The notes under the pieces are model-generated. The model was given only the letters and a program-made list of their open reading frames with translations. It did no database searches and had not been told where the DNA came from. Shown here piece after piece: positions 39,624-52,591 of a stretch of 64,000 nucleotides of DNA. Source of the stretch: Felis catus. Taxonomy: Eukaryota. The stretch's first letter is position 1, and each line of letters opens with the position of its first letter. The DNA lies in NCBI RefSeq assembly GCF_018350175.1, contig NC_058368.1:172238001-172302000 (forward strand), in the 5' to 3' direction. The position numbers and the translations under genes were made by a program.

Positions 39624-39766
39624 CTGATGGTGGTGCCTTGCAAACGGTCTATCTTCTTATTGAGCTCAGCAATGATGCTGTGGAGTTCCGTGATGCGTTC
39701 CTCGTACCGAAGCGTTGTTCGCTCCTGGACGTCCTCATGTTCTCTCATGAGGTGGGACTGTTCACA
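39624..39766 (-). CDS. MCC: MCC internal coding exon B (143 nt, phase 0-2): CEQSHLMREHEDVQERTTLRYEERITELHSIIAELNKKIDRLQGTTI(R)
   Basis: Manual translation (missed by the ORF track) continues the MCC sequence from exon A. Acceptor tcttgatcccag, donor AG|gtagtg. Confidence 0.96.
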
Positions 39767-42700
39767 CTGGGATCAAGAGAACAAGACAGAAGGGCCAATG
39801 AGTTGACGCACCTATGGGTGAATGATTCCAAGTTTTATGGTCTCAAGCCACCACAGCCTCAACATTGAGCACACTCCAAATAAACATATGCCCGCTCATT
39901 GGCCGGAATCCCAGAAGCCACAACACCAGCTAACTTTTATCATATCCTTTGCCTTTGTAGCATTCATTCTGTCTTTAAGAGGGAAAGTCCCTCTGCCATT
40001 GCTCGTAATCTCTGTGGCATTATCCAAGTCTCCTGCTTTCCACCCCCCTCCAAGAAGTGGGCAAGTGGTCTGAGCTGGATCCATCAGATACCTTCTTTTG
40101 GGAATGTTTAGTGAATAGACTTAAGATTGCGTGGAGTTGATTCACTTTTCTGAGGGTCCTGAAAAGACTGTCCCTTAGTTCCTGAGACCTATACCCCTGA
40201 GCTGTCGTCCCACATTCCTTTATGGCTGTTCAGTTTCTATGTACCCTTTTAGCTGATGTTTGCTAGGGTACATTTCAGCTGCTTTTCAACCAAATAGTCC
40301 TAAGTGGTGTGACAATTATTTCTATCTGGCCAGTTATCTGCAGACTTAATTTTTTCCAATATCCTTTTCTACCAGACTATGAACTCTGGCAAAGCAAAGA
40401 CTAGGTGATTCTGTAATTTAGCCCTAACACCTGGCATGTGGCTTGCTTCACTGTGGGTGATCTAGTAGCGTTATGGAATGAATAAATCGCAATATATCAC
40501 ACTGTCAAGGAGGCTGCTTTGCAGAAACAATGACAGAAGAAACTGAGGCGCTTCCCTTGCTCAGCATCTGATGGTGTAAGAGGCAGCAGATGCTATAAAA
40601 ACATTTTTGAAGCTAGAGTTTAAATCCTAAGGAACCTGTTCATCTCTTTCACTTCTCTAACCCTTCCTCAACGCCCTACCAGTCACCGAGCATTTGATCT
40701 CATTTGCATAACAATAAAACACTCATCAATGATGGAATAAGGAATCTAGCTTCTGTCCCTGTCTACTGCGTTCAGCGCTGATTAATTTCCTGTCCAGCAG
40801 AGGAATTTTAATTTCATTTCAGCAAGGTTTTCCTAATGCCAAGAGCCATATGTACTTGCCAGCTTTGCACCTTCAGGGCTAGTGGCAGACGGAAAAGGGT
40901 AAGACTTCTCACCCACCACGTCCCACTGTCCTCCTACCTCCCTAAATCTGGTTTCCCATGGTGTAACCCAGAAGCTATCGGGCAGGGACAAAAGCCTTCA
41001 AAGATAAGCAGAACACTACACCAAGCCCAACTCAATACTGAAACAGAAATACACAGCAAAGAAGTCTGATAAATATGGTGGTATATATCCCGGCAGGGAC
41101 CACACCTACGAACGACTTGATCAGTATTAATGTGGTAACTTCCTGGGGGCTGCTCAGAGCTCCAGGAGCAAGATTGAAGGCAAGGAGGTTGTGGAAGCTG
41201 TATCACAGATCTTTGGTGCGACAGCTGCTTTCACAGAAATAGTGATGTGAATTTCTGTTCTTAGGGACAACCTGCAACATCAAATAATGTCCACTCAAGG
41301 TCACACGCTCAGGAAATAAGTGGAAGGAGAGGCAAGAATGAAGGGTGAGTCTAAGTCCCATTTACAGGGAAGCTTTCCTAAACAGAACAAAACTGTAACA
41401 GGCCCCAAGTACTCTCTGCATGAAATTATGCTTTTCATCCATGATCCACCATATTTTACAAGGGACAACAGAAGTCCACAAAATGACAGGGTGTCAAAGA
41501 CAGTATCTGTCAAAAAGTGAAAAAGGCTCACATTTCTTTGGAACATAGCCACAGCAGAATACTGTTTTTCTCCATCCCCACAAAGTATCTGTGAGTTTTT
41601 GTTATCAGTCTTTATTCCCACCTTCAAATTGTGTGTGTGTGCATGCACCGTGTGTGCACGTGTGTGTATGTGGTATGTACATGTGCCAGTGTAGCTGGCA
41701 CTCTCATGAAGATCACCAGTTCTAGATCTTAAAATAATTACAAAATCATGCCCAGTTTGACCTGGATCTCATTTCCACCACGACTCTTCCTGCCATCTTG
41801 CTGGCTCCTCCTCTTTGCTTTTCCATATTCAGCTCTGTAGGGCTACAAATCACTGTGAAAGGCTTCCCCTCACAAACTTAACAGCTCTCCCTCCCCACCA
41901 ATTCCTCACTCACTCTTCCTCTTCCACAGTCTTCAGAGGTCAACAGCCCACTACCATCACCAAGGCAAACCAGAAACTGCCAAATTCACTTAAAAATGAA
42001 GGTGTGCAAATATTCATACAAGAAAAAGGCACACGATCAACTGATAACCACCAAGACAACTCTGGGCATCCCTGGTGACTGTTGTGAGCTACTTCACAGG
42101 CAAGATCCGGGTTGCTGGAAAAGCAGATGGCCAATGCCCCGATAATGAGAGCATGTTATCTGGGACTAAAGCATCTTCGCTCCTGCCTCTAACTGGGGAG
42201 TCTGCCTAGAGGGTATGAGTATGAACAAGAGACAACAGGAAGCCTGATGATTCAGACAGAATGGCACTTGTAGCTAAAAGGAGACAAAAGACTCAGAATG
42301 TATATTTGGAACTTACGGGTTCATTTGGGAGTAGCAACAAGAATATATTGGAGAAAAAAAAATTCCTAGCTGAAGGCAAAGATATCTGGTTTACATTCCT
42401 ATATTTTTTTTCCATAAGTATGGTTTCCTAAAATAGTGGAAAGCCTCTGTAATTTAATTCTTCCTCTACAAATAATAGATATGTCTCGATTTCCTATAAC
42501 ATTTAAGATGGTGTGCTGGGTGCCACAGTGGGGGTCACTATGACACATACTTTGAAGCAAACTGTAGTCACAGCTTCCGGGTGGAATTCTGTGCTGGAGG
42601 ACAAAAGTGGGGGTTGGGGGGAGGAGTGATGGTGGAAAGGTACTCTGGGGATTCTTTACACAGTGACAAGAGAACACTGGAAAATAATTATCCTCTTAGC

Positions 42701-43619
42701 CTCAAGGTGAATGAATGGCTGGAGAAGACATTGCCCAAGCCCCATCTGTATGTGTCCTTGAGGTGTCACATTAAACACACTTCACCCATTCTGTCCACAC
42801 TCATTGCAACCAGACCAAGATATACTGAGGCACTCATCTCCAAGCTTAGTGAAAATCCCTTGAGATTTTCCAAGCTGCGGTGCCTGCACCACAACTCCCA
42901 TGAGAGCAACAGAGCAGGAGAAAACAAGTCGTGACCTGCAGGAGCCAACAGAACCCAACAAAACACCCTTGTTAAATAGTCCTCATAAAGCTGCACAAGA
43001 CCAACCCCAGCAAGGGACACTTTGGTGCAGGAAAAGTAGAAGAGGAGTAGCGGCACCCAGGACAGACACAGCCATTCTGTGCACGATCATGCCTTCCTGC
43101 CCTGGCAAGCTCCTGCACGGGCAAGCCTGGTTTGTTCAAGTCATGCCGGATTTTATTATCACACTCCAGTATTGTTACTGACCCATGCCTCTCCCCACCT
43201 TCAGTTTTCATGATCTGTGAGAGCAATTTTTTTTAGCCTGGGAGGGTGTGTGATTCCAGGCATTCTGTTTCACAGGGGCACAGGCGAGGTCAAGCTGCAT
43301 ATCATACCACCACAGAGGAATCACCCAGGGTCAGGTAGCCCAGTAAACCCTCAATTGAGAAGGTAATACAACAATGGCAACTAAGCAGGAAAAAGGAGCA
43401 TTACCTCTATGATTATAATTTTTTGACTTTTAACTTACAAGTTTAAGTACTTTATACACATTAAAAAATGATAGATGTCCACTTTCTCCATAATCCATGA
43501 ATAAAACCCTTTTTCAAATGGTGTTCACTTCTCTCCAGTATTTTCTTATGTATATGCGGCTCTACCGGAGCCATCATGTGGGATGTGCATCCCATAAGCA
43601 CCAGCACCCCTGCAGTACC

Positions 43620-44000
43620 CAGCAGGGGCGCTCATCAAGACTCTGGTTCACCTCCACCCTTGCACATGGTGGGATTATACTTCCCCTTTCCCATGAAGCC
43701 GGATATGGCCATGTGACTTGTTTCAGCCAATGAGGTCTCAGTGAATTGATACCATTTGCACCTGGAAGCCTTTACCAGCTCCTTCAGAATTTGCTACATT
43801 CCCTTCCCAGGCCATGGCTGCTGGCAATGTTCCAGATGGTGGAAGCCCTTCAGTTTAGGAGACTGGCTGAGGACAATGCCACACAGAGTTTTCTGCCAGC
43901 ACTACTGAGCTCCTAGCAAGGAACCAGAAATACACCTTTCATATCTTAAGCCACTGCAAATCTGCGGTTATGTGTTATCACTGCATATTCTGATGATACA
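43620..44000 (+). mobile_element. MLT1-type MaLR LTR
   Basis: ggccatgtgacttgtttcagccaatg, gttccagatggtgga and cttaagccactg...gataca end. Confidence 0.7.
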
Positions 44001-45771
44001 ACCATTTTACAGATGAAAACAAATTAAATGTAAAGTTACTGATTTGTTATATCCCAGACAAGCAGAACCCTCTGAAAAATCTTTCTGATTCCTGTTCATG
44101 CCATCAAAGGGTTAAAGCGATTGTAGCCACAATCTTCTCCCCTCAACTCCCTCCCAGATCCCTGACCTGTGGGCTGGTCTCTGTACCATTTGCCTAAAGA
44201 TCTCCAGGGGCACCAGAGTCGCCCTCCTTGGTCCCCTTCCCTGACCTGCCTCTGTTGAACTCCAAGAAACACCAAGTATTATGCCTTCCAATATCAGAGG
44301 AGAAGTAGAAAACCCAGACAATTCTCATCTCAACCCCCTGGAGCACCGAAATAAAAAAGCAGACACACGGGGCTGTAAGACAGGACATTCTAGATCCCTC
44401 CAGTTCCCATAAAGCCAGCGTTAGCTGCCCAAGTCAGTTACTCAGCGATGACTTTCTTAACAGGGAGGAATGGCAGCTTCTTCCTGCAAAACTTCCAAGT
44501 GAGAAATTATTTTCTTCTCTTCACCATACACAAACGTTCCATATGATTTCAGTCGAACAAAGTAAGAAATGGTCTCAAACAACATGCTGCCTATGATCCC
44601 AGGGAATTGCATCCAGGGTTCTCCCTCCTCCCAGCCTGTATTCATCAGTTTTTGGACTGATCCTGCAATACAGCAGAGAAAGCAAGCCTGCGGTTGCAGC
44701 ATCTTGCCTGCCATGAGTTTCTGGAGGTCAGAATCATTAGGATTGCTCCTACAACTACCAACTGTTGGTCTGAAAGGCAAGGAAAAAAAGACTGCGGTTG
44801 GATAGGATGAAATTGCGTTTTTCCTGAATTTCATCCTGACACTTAATGTATACTCTGAGCATTTTCCCTAGGTATCAGCTCTCCAATTTGATGAAGCAAA
44901 TTTAAAATCTATATAAATACTTATGTCTAGCCACATATATTGGTGAAATTGCCTATATGCAAAAAATGTTTATTAAAAACAAGCAGTATTATTACAACCA
45001 CCAAGAATAAAACCCTTTAGTCTCATGTCTGCTATTGGTGCAATCCAGGGATAAAACCATGAGTCAGCCTTGAGACAGACTGGTCTGAGAACTTGAGCCC
45101 TTGTTGGAAAAACCCTGTGCAATGTGCTGATGCTAAGGAGCTTTATGGTTTTGTTAATGTTCTTCACTGGGTTTTATCTTACCCCCACAGAGGCCACTGA
45201 TCTTTAATCATCACATTAGTCTCAGCTGTCAAACCTAAGAGCATTATGAACTCCATTCTTGAAAACTGCAATGCCATCATTCATCTGTTAACCCTCTCAA
45301 CCGTCCTGGGGAAGGGGGTCAGCACCACTCCCTTTTAAAATACCCAAAGAAGTAATGCTACTCTCTCAGGATCACAATAGATTGGTCTCAGTAATATTAC
45401 TAAGGGTATTTTCATCTTCATTCTAAGGCCTGGCCCAGGTCCTCCCAAGGGGAAGGTGGGAGGAACAAGGCCAACTAAACAAAGAGGCCCAGCACAAATG
45501 GAAATGCCTTTGATGAGCAAAACAGCAAGAGCAATTTACCAAAGAAAAGTATAAAACCAGTAAGAAAGGAATAGAGAACATTCCTGACACAGAGAATGCA
45601 TGCCAACCACATCTGTAAGTATTTCATACAATGAGAAAAAGAGATAAGAAAGGACTCTCTCCATTACATTTAATGAAAACTATTTATGTTTTCTTCCTAA
45701 AAGCCAAGAGGCAGAAAATTCAGAAGACTTGCTTTCCAAAGACAGAGGGCTTAGAAATAGAAAGTGTTCTG

Positions 45772-46415
45772 AGGGCGCCTGGGTGGGTCAGTCAGTTCAG
45801 CGTCTGACTCTTCATGTTGGCTCAGGTCACGATTTCATGGGTTCGTGAGACGGAGTCCCATGCTGGGCTCTATGCTGACAATGTGAAGCCTGCTTGGGAT
45901 TCTCCTCTCTCTCTTGCTCTACACCTCCCCTGTTCTCTCTCTCTCTCAAAATAAATAAACATTTTAAAAAAATCTTTATGGAGTGCTTGGCTGGCTCAGT
46001 TCGGTAAGTGTCCAATTTTGGATTTCAGCTCAGGTCATGATCCCATGGTTTGCAGGATCGAGCCCCATTTTAGGCTCCATGCTGTTAGCATGGATTCTCT
46101 CTCTCCCTCTCTCTCTCTGCCCTCCCCTGCTCACACATGTGCATGCTCTTTCAAAAACTCAAAAAAGGGGTGCCTGGGTGGTGCAGTCGGTTAAGCGTCC
46201 GACTTCAGCCAGGTCACGATCTCGCGGTCCGTGAGTTCGAGCCCCGCGTCAGGCTCCAGGCTGATGGCTCGGAGCCTGGAGCCTGTTTCCGATTCTGTGT
46301 CTCCCTCTCTCTCTGCCCCTCCCCCATTCATGCTCTGTCTCTCTCTGTCCCAAAAATAAATAAAAAACGTTGAAAAAAAATTAAAAAAAAAAACTCAAAA
46401 AAAAAAAACTTTAAA
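45772..46415 (+). mobile_element. Three serially nested Can-SINEs (starts about 45772, 45979, 46167)
   Basis: Outer TSD agaaagtgt. The innermost young copy (46167-46388) has TSD aaaactcaaaaaa. Confidence 0.9.
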
Positions 46416-46769
46416 CAAGAAAGTGTCTGTATTACTACTGACTGACTTCATTTCAAAGGGATTGAAAAGCTTGTTTGAATTATCATTTTATACCACTTAA
46501 AAATGCAGCAATTTAAAACAGTTGGTACTAAATAAATAGCAAATATGCTGAAAGCATCAAACTAGTACTATATATGATCTTTGCCAGCTTCCCACAAGGC
46601 TGTTCCCTATGAGGCTATTTAATGTTGGTGCAAATGCACGCATGTGTCTATGCGCCTGTTTGATTGGGATGGAAGGGATGTTTAAACCAAATGGACCTGT
46701 GCATCATCCCCTCCTCGTGACTTCGAGATCCCCTCTGGATGCTAAGAGCAGCCTGGGCAGCTTAAGAGA

Positions 46770-47030
46770 CATACAGGGATCAGTACAGCTGTGGATTCCC
46801 ACAAAACCTGGCTTCAAATTCTAACTCTTGGTTACTTTCTAGCTACATAATCTCAGGCAAGATACTCAAATTCCCTAAACCTTAATTCTTTCATTCATAA
46901 AACAGCCATGTTATTAGTACCTGCACCATAGGTCACTATGAGAACTCCCTGAGATAAAGCATGCAGAATGCTTGGCACACGCCTGGCACAAATATAGCTC
47001 AAGAAGTATGGTGATTATCACTACTGGCAT
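46770..47030 (+). mobile_element. MIR
   Basis: cctggcttcaaattct...ctcaggcaagatactcaa...cagaatgcttggcacacgcctggcaca. Confidence 0.65.
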
Positions 47031-47070
47031 AAGCTAATAGTGGTGTTGTTAATCAAATCCCCCAGGAAGT

Positions 47071-47527
47071 TGTGATGAACAGCCTCCAAAATGCCCTTAT
47101 GATCCCTGAATCTCCTTTGTGTGATACCCTCTTACTGAGCCTGCATGGGACCAGTGACTGGCTTCTAACTAATACAACGTGGCAAAGGTGATGGACATCA
47201 CTCCCATTACATTATGTAAGACTGTCTTATCAGCAGACTTATTCTAGAATCTTTCTCTGCATGGATGGCTTTGAAAAAACAAACTGTCCTGAATCCTACA
47301 ACCACAAAGAAATAAATTCTGCCAAGGACATGGGTGAGTGGACTCTTCCCAAGTTGAGGCTTCAGATGAGTATTCAGCTCTGGCCAACACCTTGATTACA
47401 AACACGCATGGAACCCAGTTAAGCCATACCTGAGCTTCTGATGCACAGAACTGTGAGCTAATAAATGTGTGTTCTTTAAAGCCAGTTTTTGTGGTAACTT
47501 ATTACACAACAATAGAAAATAAACACA
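47071..47527 (+). mobile_element. Complete MLT1 (MaLR) solo LTR
   Basis: TG...CA termini, internal AATAAA, and a perfect 5-bp TSD gaagt at 47066-47070 and 47528-47532. Confidence 0.9.
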
Positions 47528-49299
47528 GAAGTACTTTGCCTTCCCCATCACACTGATATAAGCTCCTTATTCTTAGAACTCTACTGGCAGGTTGACTTTA
47601 TGACCACGTATAATAAACATTTTTGTATTCATCTAGTTCCAGTGTCACCATCAATAGTGACTCAACAGATGTTGAAGCTCTTTTTGCAAATTACTAATGA
47701 ATACAGCCACTGTTTGCGTTTTAGTTTAATCATGGTTCCATAGTATTTAGAGAGCTGGTAAAACTTACTAAAGCCACAGAGCATAAATGTATGCATGAAC
47801 TTGCTCTTCCACAATCTGGTCAAGCCTCAAACATCAATCACTCACCAAGGCATATAACAAAGGAAGCGTGGCACAGCCATTTCATTGTTCTTATTTTTTC
47901 TTGCATAAATCTTAACTTTATAAAAGATAGGAGACTGGCGAGTCTGACCTTTTTTTCATGTTCTCTTTCTGGGTCCCAGTATCTGAACTGGGGAGACATC
48001 TCCATTGAAAGGAACAGAGAATAATTTTTAAGTATATTTAGTGTAAGAATGCAAACAGGATAGAGTCAATTAATGGCACTATGATATAACGAGCCACCAA
48101 AAACTCTTACATAAGATTATCTTAGCCATAAGTAAGTTAAAAGGGAGCTGACTCAATCCTTGATCTAGCAAAGAAAAAAGTTTTCCATTATCCTCTACCA
48201 TCCTCTGCACAAGATGTTCTGTCTTTGTAGACTTACATTTTAATAAATACCCTCCTGGTCATCTTTTAAAAATCCAAGGCTGTAGTACATGTCAGCTTCC
48301 AGTTAAGGGCTTTCATAATTTCTTTCCTCTTAAAAAAATACTCACTGATAAGAACTAATAACAATAGTTGACTTTGGATGGTTGTAAATTAGAAAACATG
48401 GTCACTTAACACTATTCTGTATTTTTCTTCAATACAAAAATAATCACTCTCTCAAAAAACCCTTATGAAACAAACAAACAAACATTAAAACATGTTTTAA
48501 TTCACCAGGGCCCACTACTGAAACATTACAATGCTTTCTTTCCAATTTTTCCTATCATATTTTTATTACTTTTACTATCAGAAGGAAAATATTTTAAGTC
48601 TTCACCTAAGTACAAACTGACAATTTTGATCTGAATAACATCCTATATGAGGAAAGAACACTGGGGACCTTGTCTTAGCTCTAGTGCTAAGCTATTCACT
48701 TGACCTTCACTAAGCAAGAACCTCTCTGGGATGCCTGACAAATGTGGAAGTAAATGATCTCAAGTATAAAGGGTCTTTCCTCCATACTCAAACCATCTAC
48801 GATTATGAGACATGAGTTTTCAAAACTTTCCATAGGTCATCTAGACCAATGACTGGCAGCCTGGTTTTTAGATCTCTCTTGAATTCCCACGTGAAAACAG
48901 AGCACCTATGCAGCACAACTAAAGCTTAGAGGCAAGGTATCCTCTTGAGCAACAAAATACAAGTAAGGAAGGACAAACCCACACTATCCACAAGCCGGGA
49001 AGGGTGTCTGAGTGGGCAGAAGCAGAGGGAAGCAACAAGGTTGGTGGACTTGAGAACTGGAAAACCCCAAAATAATCAGTAAGTATACATAGGAAAGTGA
49101 TGAGGGCCAACTAAAGAACAGTAGCTAACACTAGGAAGCTTCTGCCTGAGCCAATAGTAAATAAAGAAGGGGTCCACACTAAGATCTGAAAGAGCTAAAG
49201 CAGCTAGTCCTTGAGAACTTGCAAGACTGGCCCCAGGACTTGCTTCTAGGAGGAGAAACTGCTGACAGTGGGATCAGGATTGAACAGGATTGAACTGAC

Positions 49300-49483
49300 T
49301 CAGGCAGTTGAGCAACTGACTCTTATTTAAGCTCAGGTCATGATCTCACGGTTCTCAGGATTGAGCTCTGCACTGGGCTCTGTGCTGACAGTGCAGAGCG
49401 TGCTTAGGATTCTCTCTCTCCCTCTCCCTCTCTGTCTCTCCCCTCTCTCAAAATAAATAATAAACTTCAAAAAAAAAAAAAAA
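49300..49483 (+). mobile_element. Can-SINE (older)
   Basis: gctcaggtcatgatctcacggtt body, (CT)n and A-tail. Confidence 0.85.
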
Positions 49484-50297
49484 GGACTGAACAGAATGGG
49501 GTAACAGAGACAAAAGAAGGAATAGATCCAAATAGAAGTAGGTGAGGGGAAAAGAGCTAGGAAGCGTCAGAGAGCGGTCTGCCTTATTTTTGACAAAATG
49601 AAAACAACAGGAGACTAAGCCTTGTGAACTTATAAAGCCACCTTAAATCCTGCCTCCTAAAAGTTCAAGGAAACTATTTTTCACATAAAAATAAAAAATG
49701 GAAAAGTAGTGAGGTCAAATTCCATATAAAGTTATAAGAAGAAAGAAAAAAAGAGTAGAATAATATCCCTATATACCATGAAAGCATACCACAAAAATGG
49801 AACATCTCTCCCCACCCTCAAAAGCCCCAAACAATAGCCTACTATTTCAAAATAAGCCAAAAGACTTGAAGGAAATAAAATGACATAAGACATGAAAGAA
49901 TGTAATTCAGAATTAGAAAAACTCAGTAACAGAACACAAACAAAAATCAGAAATAAATAAAAACGCATTTCAGGAATAAAGACTAAACTAGAAGGCACAC
50001 AAGAGAGAATAAACACAACATATAATGTCCCAAAACAAATATTAGATGGACAACAGGAAAAAACAAGTACAAAGGGAGAGATAGGATATGGATAGTGAGA
50101 TACTGAAAACAGTCAAAAACGATCTAACATACAAATAATAAGCATCCTTGAAGAAAAAAATCAAAGAGAACAGAACTAATATTCAACTCTATAAATGTTT
50201 AAAACTTCCCTGACATTAGAAGATTAAAAGAGATAATCAAAAGAATACACAGAAAATCTGATAATATCAAACCAGGATGACTAAAATTAAGAGTTAA

Positions 50298-51378
50298 CTC
50301 CACCCAGAAACAAATAATCCAGTGAAGAAATGGGCAAAGGACATGAATAGACACTTCTCCAAAGAAGACATCCAGATGGCCAACTGACACATGAAAAAAA
50401 TTCTCAACATCACTCATCATCAGGGAAATACAAATCAAAACCACAATGAGATACCACCTCACACCTGTCAAAATGGCTAACATTAACAACTCAAGCAACA
50501 ACAGATGTTGGCCAAGGATGAGGAGAAAGAGAAATCTCTTTCACACTGTTGGTGGGAATGCAAACTGGTGCAGCCATTCTGGAAAACAGTATGGAAGTTC
50601 CTCAAAAAACTAAAAATATAACTACCCCATGACCCAGCAATTGCACTACTAGGTATTTATCCAAGGGATACAGGTATGCTGCTTTGAAGGGCACATGCAT
50701 CCCCATGTTTATAGCAGCGCTATCAACAATAGCCAAAGTATGGAAAGAGCCCCAATGTCCATCGATGGATGAATGGATAAAGAAGATGTGGTACTCAGCA
50801 ATCAAAAAGAATGAAATCTCGGGGCGCCTGGGTGGCGCAGTCGGTTAAGCGTCCGACTTCAGCCAGGTCACGATCTCACGGTCTGTGAGTTCGAGCCCCG
50901 CGTCGGGCTCTGGGCTGATGGCTCAGAGCCTGGAGCCTGTTTCCGATTCTGTGTCTCCCTCTCTCTCTGCCCCTCGCCCGTTCATGCTCTGTCTCTCTCT
51001 GTCCCAAAAATAAATAAACGTTGAAAAAAAAAAAAAAGAATGAAATCTTGCCATTTGCAACTACATGGATGGAACTGGAGGGTATTATGTTAATCGAAGT
51101 TAGTCAGAGAAAGACAAATATCATATGACTTCACTCATATGAGGACTTTAAGATACAAAACAGATGAACATAAGGGGAGGGAAGCAAAAATAATATAAAA
51201 ACAGGGAGGGGGACAAAACATAAGAGACTTTTAAATATGGAAAACAAACAGGGTTACTGGAGGGGTTGTAGGAGGGAGGATGGGCTAAATGGGTAAGGGG
51301 CATTAAGGAATCTACTCTTAAAATCATTGTTATACTATATGCTAACTAACTTGGATGTAAATTAAAAAAATAAATAAA
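50298..51378 (+). mobile_element. 5'-truncated carnivore L1 (ORF2 C-terminus, 3' UTR, A-tail), antisense to MCC
   Basis: aaatgggcaaaggacatgaatagacacttctccaaagaagacatccagatggccaac..., carnivore 3' UTR and an A-rich tail. Confidence 0.92.
50821..51032 (+). mobile_element. Young CpG-rich feline SINE inserted in L1
   Basis: TSD aaaaagaatgaaatct on both sides. Confidence 0.93.
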
Positions 51379-51404
51379 CATGGTTAAAAAAAGTTACTCT
51401 AGTA

Positions 51405-51510
51405 GGGGTGCTTGTGGCTGGCTCAGCTGGTGGAGTGTATGACTCTTGATCTCAGAGTTGAGTTTCAGCCCCACACTGTGCATAGAAATTACCCAAAAAT
51501 AAAAGCTTTT
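51405..51510 (+). mobile_element. Short tRNA-like Can-SINE lacking the (CT)n tract
   Basis: ggctggctcagctggtggagtgtatgactcttgatctcag head. TSD aaaaaaagttactctagta. Confidence 0.8.
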
Positions 51511-52049
51511 AAAAAAAGTTACTCTAGTAAATAAAGAAAAATATGTCATGGATGTCTAGAGTAAGTGTCTTGTGAGGCAAAGAAAGCTGTATTATCAGAC
51601 TTTGAGGGCAACGCTGTGTGTTGAATAAAAGAATAAGGAGACATAGTCAAGTAAAGAAAAGATGGGCCAAGGGTTTTATATCTAACAGAAATGCCTTTCG
51701 AGTACAAAGGGCACACACGCACCATCATTAATGAGCAAGAGCTTGGTGAAGATTATTCCCCTGTGCATAGAAATTACCCAAAAATAAAAGCTTTTAAAAA
51801 AAGTTACTCTAGTAAATAAAGAAAAAATATGTCATGGATGTCTAGATTAAGTGTCTTGTGAGGCAAAGAAAGCTGTATTATCAGACTTTGAGGGCAACGC
51901 TCTGTGTTGAATAAAAGAATAAGGAGACATAGTCAAGTAAAGAAAAGATGGGCCAAGGGTTTTATATCTAGCAGAAATGCCTTTCAAGTACAAAGGGCAC
52001 ACACGCACCATCATTAATGAGCAAGAGCTTGGTGAAGATTATTCCCCTG
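51476..52049. repeat. 285-bp tandem duplication
   Basis: Copies 51476-51760 and 51761-52046 differ by about 4 substitutions and 1 indel. Confidence 0.95.
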
Positions 52050-52361
52050 AGCCCTCCCTGAAGAATCTACTAGAAAATAAGCTTCAGGCAATAAACAAAC
52101 AGAGGAACATTGACATAAGGACCATAGTAAACATGAAATATACGTTTACTTGTCGAAGACCAAATGAGGACTAGAAGGGAAGAATATGAGTTGCAATGGC
52201 CATATGGTCAGGCAGGGTGGATAGAGGACAACTATCCACTGGATAGTATCCACTCCAAGTAACTGGAGGAGTGAAGAGAGCATAATGCAACCAAAAACAA
52301 ACAAAAAAACCAAATTAAATTCTTCTCAGGAACTACATTTGTCATAGTGGTAGTAATATTC

Positions 52362-52591
52362 TTTTTTTTTAATTTATTTTTTAACGTTTACTTACTTATT
52401 TTTGAGACAGAGAGAGAGACAGAGCATGAACAGGGGAGGGGCAGAGAGAGAGGGAGACACAGAATCTGCAACAGGCTCCAGGCTCTAAGCAGTCAGCACA
52501 GAGCCCGACGCGGGGCTCGAACTCACAGACTGCGAGATCATGACCTGAGCTGAAGTCGGACGCTTAACTGACTGAGCCACCCAGGCGCCCC
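52362..52591 (-). mobile_element. Feline Can-SINE
   Basis: Full reverse element flanked by tattct. Confidence 0.92.

Noticed and set aside
50199..50805. Hydrophobic ORFs ([16 protein letters not shown])
   Set aside because: Well-known antisense translation of the L1 ORF2 3' end.
51405..51480. tRNA-like sequence
   Set aside because: Degenerate, with an A-tail and TSD, so a SINE rather than a tRNA gene.
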